This document shows positions 1 to 12,934 of a stretch of DNA of 64,000 bases, piece after piece. Source of the DNA: Amphiscolops sp. MND2022 (taxonomy: Eukaryota); assembly GCA_964187785.1 (NCBI GenBank), contig OZ076413.1:48858001-48922000 (forward strand). The letters run 5' to 3'. The notes under the pieces are model-generated. The model made no database searches and had not been told where the DNA came from. It saw only the letters and a list, made by a program, of their open reading frames with translations. Within the stretch, counting starts at the first letter, position 1. Every line of letters starts with the position of its first letter. Made by a program: the position numbers and the translations under genes.

Positions 1-323
1 TTTTCCCCGTTTTTTTTTATTCTTTGACCTTCAAGGTTCTTCTGATAATTTCTGCACCAACTCATTTGCTTGCGGGGAGCCTCTTTCCAGTGTCCAACTA
101 AGGCCGTAAATGCAAACTTAATCGAATGACTATTTTCAAATCTATGTTTGAGAAATACTCGAGACATTTTTAAACACTTTCTTCTCAAATTGCTTTATGC
201 AATTTCTTTCAGGTGAAACCTTATCAAAAGCCAATGATATGTCGATTGAATCAATTGCGCACTTTTAGTTCATTTTCAAATTTTCTTTCGGATTCCTGAG
301 TTTTCTGACTTACAATTTTTCAG

Positions 324-713
324 GCGCAGAGGAAAGACCTCAAAAGGAAATGCATTGAAGATCCGATGAATATCTTTGCAAATAAATCGTGCAAAAAAGT
401 TGATTCGATCAAGGAAAAGTATTCCATCGAAGAAGCATTTAAATCACTGGATGCTGTCAAAACATCAAAAAGCGAAGGCGGAACGAGTTACCAGAGCGGT
501 GACTCTAAGTTGAAAAAGAAAAGGAAAAAATCCAAGTCAAAAAAGCGTAGAAGGAAGAAAAGCAGCACTTCTAGCAGTGGAAGTGATTCTGAGAGTGAAG
601 TTAGTGATCGCGAAGAGAAGAAAAAACAAAAACTTGATAAACTCCGCAAGGAACGTCTCGCGCGAGAAGAAAAGGAACGAAAACGCGCTCAGCTGCTACT
701 GAAGACGTCTTGA
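324..713 (+). CDS. Terminal coding exon of a LENG1-like (leukocyte receptor cluster member 1-like) protein; 5' part lies outside the window
   Basis: Acceptor ttttcag at 317-323 is in frame with ORF 366-713. Peptide has DPM motif, K/S-rich tract and LDKLRKERLAREEKERKRAQLLL, resembling the LENG1 C-terminal L..LRAERL.RE..ER.RA..LL motif (from memory). Confidence 0.55.
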   Translation, partial: AQRKDLKRKCIEDPMNIFANKSCKKVDSIKEKYSIEEAFKSLDAVKTSKSEGGTSYQSGDSKLKKKRKKSKSKKRRRKKSSTSSSGSDSESEVSDREEKKKQKLDKLRKERLAREEKERKRAQLLLKTS

Positions 714-1535
714 AAGGTTCATACTTTGGTCTGCTGGAATTAATCAAGTGCTGGAAATATTTTTGGATAGAATTACCCATGGCAATGGTGCAGTTGGTCG
801 TCTGGAAGTGAAACTCGGGGGAAGTTCTAGAGTGAAAAGAATTTGCGTGAGAGGAGAGTCCTGCGTTTACTAATCAGGGTTGGTTGACCCCAAGAGCTTA
901 AAACAGGACAAGACGTATTTTCATCTGAAGTTCGGTCAAGTTGATACGTCTGTTATCATCAAACATTTGAAATGTAAACTATTCGAAGTATTTTTGCAAA
1001 ATATAGATTTATAAATCTGAATTTATCAGATTATAATAAGCATCATAAGCATCATTCAACGCCAATTATGACCAATACATGGTATAATAGATCAATTTTA
1101 ATCCCATCAATGAAATTCTTTATAGTTTCCCCTAAATTAATATGATGTCTTGCGTTACAGTTTATATTATTCTTTTGTAATGTTTCCAACAGCAACCCTC
1201 TTGTAACTTTTTCTTGAGTACAGAATCTGCTTACAACGTGTCGGTGAAGACCAAGAAACAGTATTTGTACTCGCCTGCCATGCATGATTTGTTGAAAGAA
1301 ATACTTCTATTTTGAAAACTTTTTTTGCAAAAAATCTCTATTGGATCTACTCACTTCGTATGTCGCCCCCATATAGAAAGTTCACTTGGTCATCACTGAT
1401 TAACGCATCACATTCTGTCGGTCAAATCAGCTGTGGGTCGTTCTGTGAAAACCTACTTCCGTTACGAGCACGTAAAGATTTTGAATAGCTTCTTTCAGAT
1501 GTACTGGATGACGTAGCGTTGGTTACTGTTGGTTT

Positions 1536-4500
1536 ATGATGGTGGTGCTTGAGCCCAAAGAGCAGCTGGCGGTGCTGTTGGACCACGCTGGCGAAGTGAG
1601 GGTGCTTGCTCATCTCCAGGTCCGAATGTACCTCCGCTCTGGCATTGAAATGATACGAATGGTTAGCTTATGTACTTCAGAAGACAACAAAGATTGGCAA
1701 TTTCCTCTGCAAAAATCGAATGCTGTAAAAATCTTTCCTAGAAAAAATTGTTTTCAAGGCAGAGCTTCATGGTTTTCGTTCTGAAGTGTCTCAGAACTTT
1801 TATGAGAATTTGTTTCAGGCCGGCATTTACCTCGATGAAAAGAATTATGTCAAGGCATTCGTTCTCTACAACAAATATGCTATGTAAGTTGTCATGTTGT
1901 TTCTTGAATTGTGAAAATGTTTTCCTGAATCACCCGCTAGTTTTTCAAGCCCAATGATGTGCTGTTGTTAAAATTGGTGCCAACTGTTTCAGCTTAGTCC
2001 TGCAAAAACTTCCTGCACATCCGGAGTATCGTTGTTTATCAGATGATGAAATCAAGGCGGCTAAAAAAGTAAGTTCGCCAAATTCAATTACAATAAAAAT
2101 ATATACTTCGTTGACAAAAATTCAAATACACCAACACAATACATTATAAAACATATACATGTAATTATAAATAGACAGGTCGCATTGATATAAGCTGGCA
2201 AAATTATAATATTGGAAACAGGGTTGTGACACCGCTAATTAGTGGTTTAGCGGGTTAACGGAGCGGCAATATTGTTAGCGAATTGAATTAGCAGTAATAG
2301 TTTTATTGGTGATTTTGAAGAGCTCACAGAACAATAGCTCCGGACGTATTGATTCCAAAAAACTGTAGCATATGCGAAAATCATGGAAAATCTACCAAAA
2401 GCCATCGGATTCGGGCGTGAGTTCACTAAAATTGCTTAAAACTCTGTATACGAAATTGGAGTTCTACCCATAAACAACTATACTTTTTGGTGGTCAGTCT
2501 TCTCACTTCTCTCAAATTATCTATGGTTGTAAATCAACTAAAAAAGCAAAATCCTTTTAAGTCATTCAGCGGTTGTAAGAATAGCGGCTTAGCGATTAAA
2601 ATTAGCGGTTTTCAAACCCCGATTTGGTAATCCAAGTTTTATTCTCTCGTTAACGTTTCAAGTCAATAGACACCTAGAGTTGTTATTTTTATTCGAACTG
2701 ATCGGGGATATTAGTCTTTCGAATTTCCGAAAACATGTTCCTTAGAAGCAAAAAGCTGTTTCTCTCTTCCATAGTGTGAGAATAACCATGCTCTGTAATC
2801 CCTGTCACCAGTCGTTTCCTAATCTGCACCCTCTCCGAATTCAAAATTCGAAGATTCTGGCTGCTATCAAGGTGTACCGCAGTTAAATGTCCGATAATAC
2901 CGTTTGCGAAGTCGCTAAGGGGAAGCTATTCCTAAATTTAGTACTGGGGGCTATGCGGCACGGAAACCAAAATTTTTGTGGCCCCTTAGTGCCATTCGGA
3001 TTTCAAGCTACTAAAATTATATCCTTAAAAAAACACTGAATTTCCTCGCATTATGATAAAATACAAAAGATTTCACATATACGAGGGCAGTGTAAAATAA
3101 TAATGACGATTATTGTAAATTACTTATTAAAATTATTATTTAAACCGATACTCACTCCAACATTTCCGGCTATATTGCGGTCTATCAACTTGACTTATGA
3201 ATTTCTCAGTAAAATATTTCTTTAGTCTCTTCTTCAGTGTATCATACGTTTGATTTCCACTTTTCATTTTATCAGGTAAAACGTTCCACAGATGTACTAC
3301 TCTCTTGAACAGACTGTTTCTCATTTGTTCACTGGTTGTTCCTTTAGGCAACCAAGTTAATACTCTCGTTGTCTACTGATACTGCCATAGTGGAAGGACT
3401 TTTCTCGGCAAGAGGATGAACCGTGACTGCCGGATGAAATCGACTGCAACCCCAGATAATCGGAAAGATAATCCAAGACCATTAAGAAGTCTGAAAATCA
3501 AATTCTGAAGTTTGGGGGAAATCAAGTTTCTCGAAACTGAGGTACCGCCTTCTGAATAACGGAACGTCGTTTGGGTGCAATTCTAGATGTGTTTTCTGGG
3601 GACCTTTGGATTTCCTGTGCACTTAACAAATTTTTTTACCATGAAAAATTATCGTTGTCTTCAATCATCAAGTGCTGTATGTGAAACAATTCCATTCAGT
3701 ATAACTTGACAAGGATTTGGTATTTGTGTGTGTTTGCAGCGAGCCAAGATGTCTATCAGTATGGCAGAAGAGATTAAGAAAAAGTTGCTTGCACAATGGC
3801 AAGAAGACTACCAGAAGTATGAACAGGAGCTAGAAAGACGTGCCAAAGCGGAACAATTGGGCGAAAAGCTGGCCAACACTCTCAGTTTGCAGGAAAATCA
3901 TGCGAATAGCCAGTCAGGAGACGACGCAATGGCTCAGGCTGAGAAAGAAGACTTCAACAGGAGGATCGCCATTATAAAGGTTCCTGCACACAAAAATTGA
4001 CCTCGATATCTGAATAAAGCACTAGGCCTGTTTCTTTCCCTGACATTCGTTTTAACCGCGTGTCCGTTTAAATATTCCTTATTCAAAAGTAATGTACATG
4101 TATATAAATGTTCTTTGTACTTGTTGAAATTCAGAAACTCATTGAAATTTATATGAATTCGTTGATTGACATCTTGATAAACTTTCAAGTGTAGCCTATA
4201 AAAGCACCTTCGTTCATATCTTTTGTAGTCCGGCCAATATAATTCTGCTGTGTTTCAGGAGCAAGAACGATTACGAGGTCTCTCAGAAGTGAACACGACT
4301 CCTACCAATACTTCGAAGCCGAGATCTCCTCTCCAACCTTCCATTTCTCCCTCTACTGCAATACCCTCTGGTTACTCCCTCGCCTCTACCTTAAACAACA
4401 GTTCCCTCAGAAGGGTGGCTGTGCCTGCTATTTTGGAGAACAAGTTCGCGGGACTTGCCATGAGAAACACTTCTAAGAACATCGAGACTTGTGGAATTCT

Positions 4501-6958
4501 CTGTGGCAAAATGGTTAGTTAGGTTTTTGTCATATCTTTCAAAAGAAAACAGGGCAGATGTTTCAGCGGTTTCTGTTCTTTGATTTTGTGGCAAAGAGTC
4601 AGTAAAATTTTCAAAACTCTTTGCGTCATCTATTGACTCGTATTTTCGAAGTGCTTTTAAAACTATAAAAGTGGATGGCTTTGACTTCTGACTAACATTT
4701 GATGGCCTTATTTTTACTCGAGTCATTGAAGGAAACAAATTTGGCCCTTGTACAACTCTGGCTTGGATACTTTTGCTGCATCCAGCTTTAACCTTGCGGA
4801 AACTAAGGCTCATTCAATCGTTTTTAGGAGTCGGAAAAAATTTTCGACTACTTATGCAATCGTGTTGTTTTTTTTTTTCTCCCGACCTTTTCATGAAAAT
4901 TTCAAATTTCTCAAAAACTGTCCATACGATTTTTATAAAATTTTTCACAGTCATTTTACACCCAAAGGGGCCCCTGCGTGCGCAATGGCATCAAAATCGT
5001 ATGACTGGGTTGTGAGAAACATAGCCAAAATTAGCCCAAAAATGGCCGAAAAACAGCCATTTTTCGACTTTTTTCGATTTTCTCAAAACCTGTCCATACG
5101 ATTCGAACGAAATTTTCTACAGTTATTCTACACCATATTAGAGCCCTATATGTGCAATAGCATCAAAATCGTATGGCTGGGATGTGAGAAACATAGCCAA
5201 AATTAGCCCAAAAATGGCTAAAAAACAGCCATTTTTCCACTTTTTTTGATTTTCTCAAAAACTGTCCATACGATTCGAACGAAATTTTCTACAGTTGTTC
5301 TACACCATATTAGAGCCCTATATGTGCAATGGTATTAAAATCGTATGGCTGGAATGTGAGAAACATAGCCAAAATTAGCCCAAAAATGGCCAAAAAATCG
5401 CCATTTTTCGACTTTTTTTCGATTTTCTCAAAAACTGTCCATACGATTCGAATGAAATTTTCTATAGTTATTCTACACCATATTAGAGTCCTATATGTGC
5501 AATGGCATCAAAATCGTATGGCTGGGATGTTAGAAACATAGCCAAAATTAGCCCAAAAATGGTCAAAAAAAGGGCCATTTTTCGACTTCAGAAGGAAAAA
5601 GACCTAAGCCGACTCCTTTACCGCACATGCGGCTCTGGTTATTACTGTAACTGGTCTTTTTGGAATTACCACCATGAATGGTTGTTTTATTCCTCCCGAC
5701 CTATTTCACCCGCTTCTAAGCAAGTTTTTTAAATTCTAGTCTCAGGAGCACTTCACCGTGACGCACGTTGTGCTACCCAAGCAGACTGGTACGGCGGACT
5801 CGTGCACGACCTCGAACGAAGAGGAGCTCATGAAGGTCCTCGAGGACTATGACGTCATCACACTGGGATGGATTCACACTCATCCCAGTCAGTCGGCTTT
5901 CCTGTCCAGTGTGGATTTACACACACACTTTGGTTACCAGAGCATGATGCCCGAGGCTATCGCTATTGTGTATGCTCCCACTCATAAACAGTGAGTGGTT
6001 GAACGTATAAGTAATGATGTAAAGCATTTCATAATTTTGCTAATACCCGCTTCTCTTTTTGCATCGCAGTTCATTGGAGGTCTTCAATAAAAGTTTTTTT
6101 TTGTGAATCAGTTGAGCTCTGAGTCTTCAAAACTAGATAATTGAAAACTATTTACTTCGACAATTGTAAACACTTATGTTTCTTTCCTTCTGGTATTTCA
6201 GGTATTTCTCCTTTTCAATAACTAACCACGGACTGAAAGTTCTCAGTGGCTGCAGAGAAACTGGTTTCCATTATCATGCCAAAGACCCCCCTCTTTTTCA
6301 AGTAAGTCTACAAATCGTATCCAAGTTCTTTGGTGCAGCTTTTTTGTATTGTATAATCGAACATAATGCTCGAAACAGGCCATGACTTGCTCTCGTCTCG
6401 AAAAAGTATATGCACGTTTAAATTGAGTTTTCAGGAGTTTTTTCAATGACAGAATTGTTACTTAGGCCCATGAGCCGTTTTCTATATGCGCTTTTTCTAG
6501 AAGAAAGGGCCCTAATAACTTTTCCCCCAGACCACAGAAGCTATCAATTTTCATTTTAAAAGACTTATACCCTAAGATCTAAAAAGGTTCCTGTTAGGAA
6601 ATATAACGTTTTTACTCAAAATACAAAATGACATCAGATAAAGGTCTCTTTTGGGATCCTTTTGAATTGGTGCCACTTCAAAAGTTTTTCCTAGATTCCC
6701 TAAGTGTGCGTTGGATAGTTTGGTATATTGCGGAAAGAGCCCCAAATGTTATATTTCCTGAGAAATTTTTTTAGAATTTAAGGAGACAATTCCTGGGCTA
6801 ATTGGAAAGACCTTTTGAGCATTACGTGGGGCATCGACTTGGCTTGTTCACAATTCCAAACGATCAAGATCTAATCCTGTGTTTTTCTTCAGGTATCAGA
6901 TCACGTTGTGATGGAGCCAAATCTGGGAATAACGACCGTTGACCTGCGTCTAGAATAA
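1536..6958 (+). CDS. STAMBP: STAM-binding protein / AMSH-like JAMM (MPN+) deubiquitinase, 8 coding exons: 1536-1661, 1819-1883, 1993-2068, 3740-3979, 4259-4513, 5740-5990, 6202-6301, 6893-6958
   Basis: All introns are GT-AG with consistent phases. N-terminal [12 protein letters not shown]...AFVLYNKY...KLPAHPEY (USP8-dimerisation/MIT-like region). Catalytic [15 protein letters not shown] and [34 protein letters not shown]-terminal VDLR. Confidence 0.93.
2219..2621. mobile_element. Small MITE with CAGGG-type imperfect TIRs (possibly hAT-derived) in STAMBP intron 3
   Basis: cagggttgtgacaccgctaat at 2219 pairs imperfectly with attagcggttttcaaaccccg ending 2621; repeated TAGCG motifs near both ends. 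Confidence 0.5.
3136..3351 (-). mobile_element. 3' fragment of a CR1/L2-type LINE ORF2
   Basis: [14 protein letters not shown]...[11 protein letters not shown] matches the typical RVV.LWN.LP...F.K.L C-terminus of CR1/L2-like ORF2, followed by a TAA-rich tail. Confidence 0.6.
4821..5640 (+). mobile_element. Non-autonomous Helentron/DINE-1-like element (family C) with 4 internal ~172-bp tandem repeats
   Basis: T-run start, subTIR aggagtcgg (4826-4834) with adjacent partial inverted repeat, matching ccgactcct (5609-5617), hairpin ccgcacatgcgg (5621-5632), ends in TT. Unit motif tgtccatacg recurs at 4919, 5091, 5263 and 5436. Confidence 0.7.
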
Positions 6959-8149
6959 TGCAGTCATCTATTTATTGGGTATAGAGATGATCTCTCCCAT
7001 AGTCTTCCCTTGCAGTTGTAAATTTAAAAATGACGTAATTTTGGTGCTGCTCATTAGATCAATCCTTGCGTGTAGTCATAACAATTCTACCTGTACAATT
7101 GAATCATTTTAAATAACTTGATCCTAATTCACATTTCCTCATTTTGTGTTAAATTATTCACTTTTTGATATTCTAGTTTTTGATCTTCGAGAAAGCAGTA
7201 GTACATGTGAGAAAAGCAGTCTTAAGTTTTCTATGTACCAAACAAAGCAAATGATTACCAAAGTAAGATGGTACCTCTATTTGTACATGTGGGGCGGGGC
7301 AAAATCATCAGCTCCTCGCTAATTAGGACACCTAACTGACCTCGACAGTTTACACTGTTCAAGCATTGTGAAAACATAGATACCCTAAATTTAGTCCCCG
7401 GCAAATGGGGACATTTTTCAGCGAATTAATTTAAGCTAGTCCAATCCATAAAGACTCAAATTTGTTCGCGGTCAATCTTGGTTCCTCACTTTATATTTCC
7501 CCACATTTGCTCTATTGTGGCTGTAAATCAACTGAAGGAAGCTACAATTTTAAAAACCTGATTACAATATTAACGATTAAACTTAGTGATGTCAAAACCT
7601 ATCGTAGTGACACAATTTGGCTCGAAAATAGTGTGCAGAAAAATTAGCTTCAACCATTCTTTTAAAGCGAAATTTGAGTGTTTGTTCAAGAGGTTTTGTT
7701 CCTAAATCCATCCATTCTTTTCATTCGGTAACTGAAGAAGACCGGAACCTGGAGCATTGTTTTTATGTATAATAAATGACGGACATGAATGCACATGCGT
7801 TGTGTAAATACTAAAAAGCTAACAACAAGCGCATTACCCAAACATCTTTTGTAGAATTTCTGCTATTTTGTCGATAAATAAGCACTGAAAAATGTCCATG
7901 CATTTGGGCTGAAAATCGGAACATGAGTGTATTTGTTGGGTTCTGGGGTTTGTCTTTTGTCCTATGCATGGTACTATTTAAAATCTTCAGTATTTTATAA
8001 ATATTTGAAAAGTTCTTGCGCTGCTTGATTTTCCGGCGGACCATTTCGAATTCTAGAAGCCATTCAATGACGAGACTTTTAATTAAGAGATCGATGGAAA
8101 ATTCAAGGAATTGGTGAATACAAATTGTTTCGTTGCGTTGATTGTTCTA

Positions 8150-8327
8150 CAGTCGAACTTCTATTTTATATACCTATACGGGAAGAATGATAAGAAAACG
8201 TTAATTCGGAGTTTACGTTATATGGGAGGACGGTTATATATAGAACTTGGGAAGACGGAGATTCAAATTGATTAACAATAATGAGTTTTACCTTATAATG
8301 AGGGTACATGAAAGTGAAGTTCGACTG
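8150..8327. mobile_element. Tc1/mariner-pogo-type MITE
   Basis: TA-cagtcgaacttc ... gaagttcgactg-TA. A related element lies at 47022-47205. Confidence 0.75.
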
Positions 8328-9042
8328 TACATGTTAGCTAAGTCTGTATGGCGATAGACTGTGAAGTTTGGAAATGATGGACGAAAAATCAGCCAGTACA
8401 TCATTGCGTTTTTATGGATACGTTTTTTTGGCTCATGACTTTTTCAATATTTTTGAACAATGCCGTGAATTTAAAAACCAACGGTTGGCTTCATGAGAAT
8501 TGCTTCTCATGATTTGTAATTGAATTGAATGCGGCACTAGATTACGTCAAGAAAATTTTTGTAGCCGCGTTGTTTCCGTAACGAATTAATCCCCCAAAAA
8601 CTTATTCGATTCTTGAAAACCAGGTTGAAGCTTTCCAGTCAAATTTTTGGACTACCAGAACAAAATCTTGAATTTTCTCAAATTGTGGAGAATTTGTATT
8701 CTAGGGCTCATTGAAGAAACGTTTGAAAGTTATTGCTAGCTTGTAGCTAATGACAAACCCTAAGTCTTCCGTAAGATCTTCATCGTAACAGTACCAAAGA
8801 TTACAGAAAAATATCTCAATGCACTGGTTCAGTGCAATCTGAAAATTAGTGAGGCTAAATGTATTTTTCAAAAAATGAGTGTCACCATGAGATCCGTGGC
8901 ATGAATCAGAACTAACTGGTCTCAGTTCGCGTCAAGTTTTGATTTTCGATTTTACGAAGGTCAATTGGCGTGAACGTCTTGAAAAGTAAAGAGTCATTTT
9001 CCACCAAACCTCAGTTGTAAATGCGAAGGTTGCATAGACACA

Positions 9043-9779
9043 TTTACACTTGCGATAAGCAAGTGTTATGGGAAAGTGCGGGCGCTTTTTTTTCGCGACA
9101 ACTCGTTTCAGCCCGCAACTCGCACAGTTCAGGCGTTCGTGGTCTAGTGGTAAGATGCTTGCTTTTCAACCCAAAGGGTTCGTGTTCGAACGTATGCGCT
9201 ATTTTTTTTAAAGTATTCCGAAGATTTACAAGCATTTTTAAAATATTTTTTACAAGCATTTTTTGATATTTGCAACAGAATGGATGTTATAATTTCTCAA
9301 AGGGTCCCCCTTTTACAGTTTTTGGCATTGTGAGATTTTTCAGAATGAATAATGTTTGTCGAATAAGGTTTTCTCAAGCCCAGCTCGCTTTTTCCTATTT
9401 TTGTTTTTTAAAGACCGGCGTTTTTTCTATGAGACTTTTTTCTTCTCAGCCCCCTCAATTTTTAAAAGAAACGTTTTGCGAGCATAAAGGACTCCTCATG
9501 GTTTTCGGCACTATGCTACTTTCCGCAGACCCATATCAAATAAAGTTTTCAAACTTTCCAATTTTTTTTTCTCAATTTTTCCTTTTTGAAAGTCTGCAGT
9601 TAGGGAAAAGGTGGTTTTCTAGTCTTATGCGTATTCCTTTGGGTACTTTTTGGCGCTGTAAAATTGATAAATTTTAACAATATTGTCCTTTTACCTTTGG
9701 TTCGCCGTATGATACTGCTTTATTGGTTTCTTTTCAAAAGTTCGCAAGTGTTTGCGAAGCAAGACTTCGCCTCTGTGTT
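9043..9779 (+). mobile_element. Non-autonomous Helentron-like element (family B) with internal tRNA-Glu-like segment
   Basis: 5' cacttgcgataagcaagtg hairpin, 3' tcgcaagtg subTIR, gcgaag...cttcgc hairpin, ctctgtgtt end. Homologous to 57885-58902. Confidence 0.7.
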
Positions 9780-10971
9780 CATACATGACAATGAAGCCAT
9801 ATATCATGATATTCATTTTTTTTCATAATTTAAATGGAATTTGAATTATTTAATTTAAAAAAGCCATAACTACAATAATTTAAATTATGAGGAATCTAAC
9901 TTATGCGTCAATTTGAGTGGCGATGAAAATGGTATTCTGTTCAAATACTCGGTTCAATAATAGGAAACTTTACACTAGACGAAGTAGTTGCCAACTTGAT
10001 CGCTGGTTCAAACATGACAGCGTTTGAGTTTTTCAATGTGTATTCTACCATCACCAGCAGTTGCGGAGCGTGGTTTTTCCAAGCCGTCTTTTATGTCGTC
10101 CGAGAGAATATTGACGGGAAGCGAGTATTGACTTTGCGCTGATTTTTGCTTCACAGAGAACTTTCTACCTTCAAAATGTTGGCAAGTGGAGGAGTAATTA
10201 TAAATTGCCGTCGTATCGCAATTCTATCGATCGTAAATGGTTTGCCTGCTTGATTGGTTGCACCCAAAAGTTTGTCAAGTTTAGGACAGCCCATCCTCGT
10301 GGACTATGGCACTTACAGAGGATTACCGTGGCCAATGAACCTAAGTTTTTCATTAAATCAGAACTCGTTGTCAACAGCTCTGCATGCGAATGTGGTTGTG
10401 ATTGAGTTGTTCCAACACTAGAAATTCCATGAACAAACTTTTCAATATTACTGTCAAAACTGGATTATTGTAACGTGGACAACTACTTTTCATCCGTTAT
10501 TGACTATATATTCAGGGGCACGGTAAAAAAAAACGTCCAAAGTAATTACCAAAAATTTTGTTTGTTAATGTCCAAATGCATTTTGATCTGCCACGATCAC
10601 AAACCTTCAGTACCCTAAATGTTGGAGCGAAGTGGAGCTACGTGTCATTTTTTATTCTAGTGGCTAGTTTGAATGAAGGGGCGCGAAACGCTCTGAAAGG
10701 AAGGACGAGTCATAAACTTTCCAATAGCTTTTTACTTTTCAGATCAAATTTTTGAAATTAATTGAATAAATAGTAGTGGAAGTATTTCCAACTTGCTTTG
10801 GACGTTATTCGTTTGCAAGTTTTTTTTTCAACCACATTCACAAATATAGCATCCAGCGGAGATATTTTCATTGACATCGAGCGAATCAGTGTATACTAAT
10901 TAATCGTCCGCTGAGAGCTTCGTCTGATATCCAAATAAGAATGAAAAGACCATTACTGCTTGCTACTGGTA

Positions 10972-11500
10972 CAGTGGGTTCCGGATATAGAGTAGGTTCG
11001 GCTGTAATGTACGCGAAAGCGATCAAATGGATGAAATTTCAAATGCTTGTTTTAAGGTAGAATGCTCAAATTTTCCCTAACTTAAAGACAAGTTTGACAC
11101 CAATTTATCCGTTGATGATTATATTCAAAGTGATGGATGATTTAGTTAACTCGCAAGTTTTGAATTATCAAACCATAATTCATGAAGTTCAACGGCCGAA
11201 AAATAGTAACATTCCATCAGATGACAGTGACGATGACCGAGGAGAAAACATTTCTATTATTACAAAAAAATGAAGCGAAAACAACAATGAAAAGTTTAAT
11301 GTTGTATTTCTCACAAATGGATACGGAAACTGATGTGAAAGATTGCGATATTTTATTGATGAGCACATTGACTCCGTTGCTATTCAGCTCATTCAATCAA
11401 ACATCGGAAGTTTTTTCATTTCTAAGAGACCATTTTTGCTTCAAAACATGTTTATAAAAAAGGTTGGTCCCTTAATATACACTATAACCGGAACTCACTG
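10972..11500. mobile_element. Internally deleted pogo/Tc1-like DNA transposon
   Basis: TA-cagtgggttccggatatag ... ctataaccggaactcactg imperfect TIRs flanking degenerate coding-like sequence. Confidence 0.55.
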
Positions 11501-11645
11501 TGGTATTTGTTTCATTTGAGTAACAAAGCTTAAATTCGAAGATTTGGACGCTTTAGTCAAAATGACCAAATTTGACATTTCCCAAAATTTTTCGAGAAAC
11601 TTGCTTGGAGTTGATATACCAAAGATTTACTTCACGGAATATTTA

Positions 11646-12151
11646 TTATTTCTGCGAAAGCAGGAATATTATTGAAACCTTAAGGTTTCCACTTTTTGTT
11701 CAGTACAATTCTTGTCGCGATACTGAAAAATTCAGATATTTTGTTCGGCAGTGAGTATAAATAAGCTTGAGATTGAAATTTCTCAAGCTGCCGACAATAA
11801 TTCGTTTCTCGTGCGATGGAACGAGCGAGCGGTGATAATGCATTCGTACGCCGAATTAATTTAGATGAAGCGAGCGAATGTTCGTAATTATGCTTTCGTA
11901 CGCCGAGTTAGTGAGATGAAGCGAACGAGTGTTAATCATTCGTTCGCCGAGAGCTTAGCCTGCATTCAAATGCGAATGCGAAACTTCGTCGACGCTTAGT
12001 AGTTATATTTACTTTAGTCCGAGAAGAATTAAAGGCTGTGTAAACTGGTAGTGATTAATTGTGCGCTATATAAATGTTTAAGATTACTTCTATTATTGAA
12101 GATGAAAGCCAGAAGCATAAATGATAGTGTGCCCCGCAGGGGCCTATTTTT
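11646..12151 (+). mobile_element. Non-autonomous Helentron-like element (family D) with ~50-bp internal tandem repeats
   Basis: Starts tatttctgcg, ends gccccgcaggggc hairpin plus ctatttt. gatgaagcgagcga units at about 11815, 11863 and 11914. Homologs at 12200, 17994 and 45201. Confidence 0.65.
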
Positions 12152-12199
12152 ATGAAATGATTTTCTCCCGGAAATTTGTGAAAGATACATGATTTTTTT

Positions 12200-12416
12200 T
12201 ATTTCTGCGATATCAGTAATAATATAGAAACTGGAAGGAGTGTTTTAGCCGAATTTGTTCGTTAACCGAGTACCTACTGAAAAAGATCCCGAAATTTTGT
12301 TCGGCAGTGAGTATGTTAGTTTGTTCAATTCCCGTGCGTTACTCCAGATATGCTTCTATTAATGAACATGAAGGCCTAAAGCAGAAGTAATACTGTGCCC
12401 CGCAGGAGCCTATTTT
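12200..12416 (+). mobile_element. Short internally deleted family D element
   Basis: tatttctgcg start; agcagaagta...gccccgcaggagcctatttt end. Confidence 0.6.
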
Positions 12417-12934
12417 TAGTCGGCGCTTTTCTTAAGAAAAGAGTCGACTATAGTCATGGCTTTTCGTCATTGTTTTTTTCGATACACCTGAAGTGACCAA
12501 TATAGTTCTACCAAATTTTATGAAGACGTCAAATTGTACCTGTTGACCCAAGGAACCGAACCAAAAAGGTTTCCCGTGTAAGATACAATACCGGCGAGAC
12601 CAAAGTGTCTCTCTTTCAGTTTTTTTCGGCATTGCGAGACTTTTTTCAAGAAACTGAACGGGGCCGAAGGGTACTCCCTTAGAGTATTTTCGGCTGTGAG
12701 ACCTTTTTTCGAAAAAAAATTCGCCAAAGGGTCCTCCTTCAATTTTTTGATATTTTCCGACAGAATGGATGTTGAAAAATCTAAAAGGGTCTCCCCTTTC
12801 AATTTTTTTCGGCACTGTGAGACATTTCAAAAAAATTTTGTGTGATCTGTAGAAGAATACTTCGGCACTTTGAAGTCCCTTTGCTATTTTTGAGCCTTAG
12901 ATATGGCGCCGACTTGGGCCAGTACCGGCTTGTT
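12417..12934 (+). mobile_element. Non-autonomous Helentron-like element (family A)
   Basis: tagtcggcgc-ttttcttaagaaaa-gagtcgacta 5' hairpin; 3' gcgccgact subTIR followed by a GC-rich stretch ending cttgtt. Confidence 0.7.

Noticed and set aside
4748..5732. Repeated ORFs such as [20 protein letters not shown]
   Set aside because: Translations of the 172-bp tandem unit inside an intron.
11815..11950. ~50-bp periodic repeats as a CRISPR-like array
   Set aside because: No unique spacers and no cas genes; they are internal repeats of family D in eukaryotic DNA.
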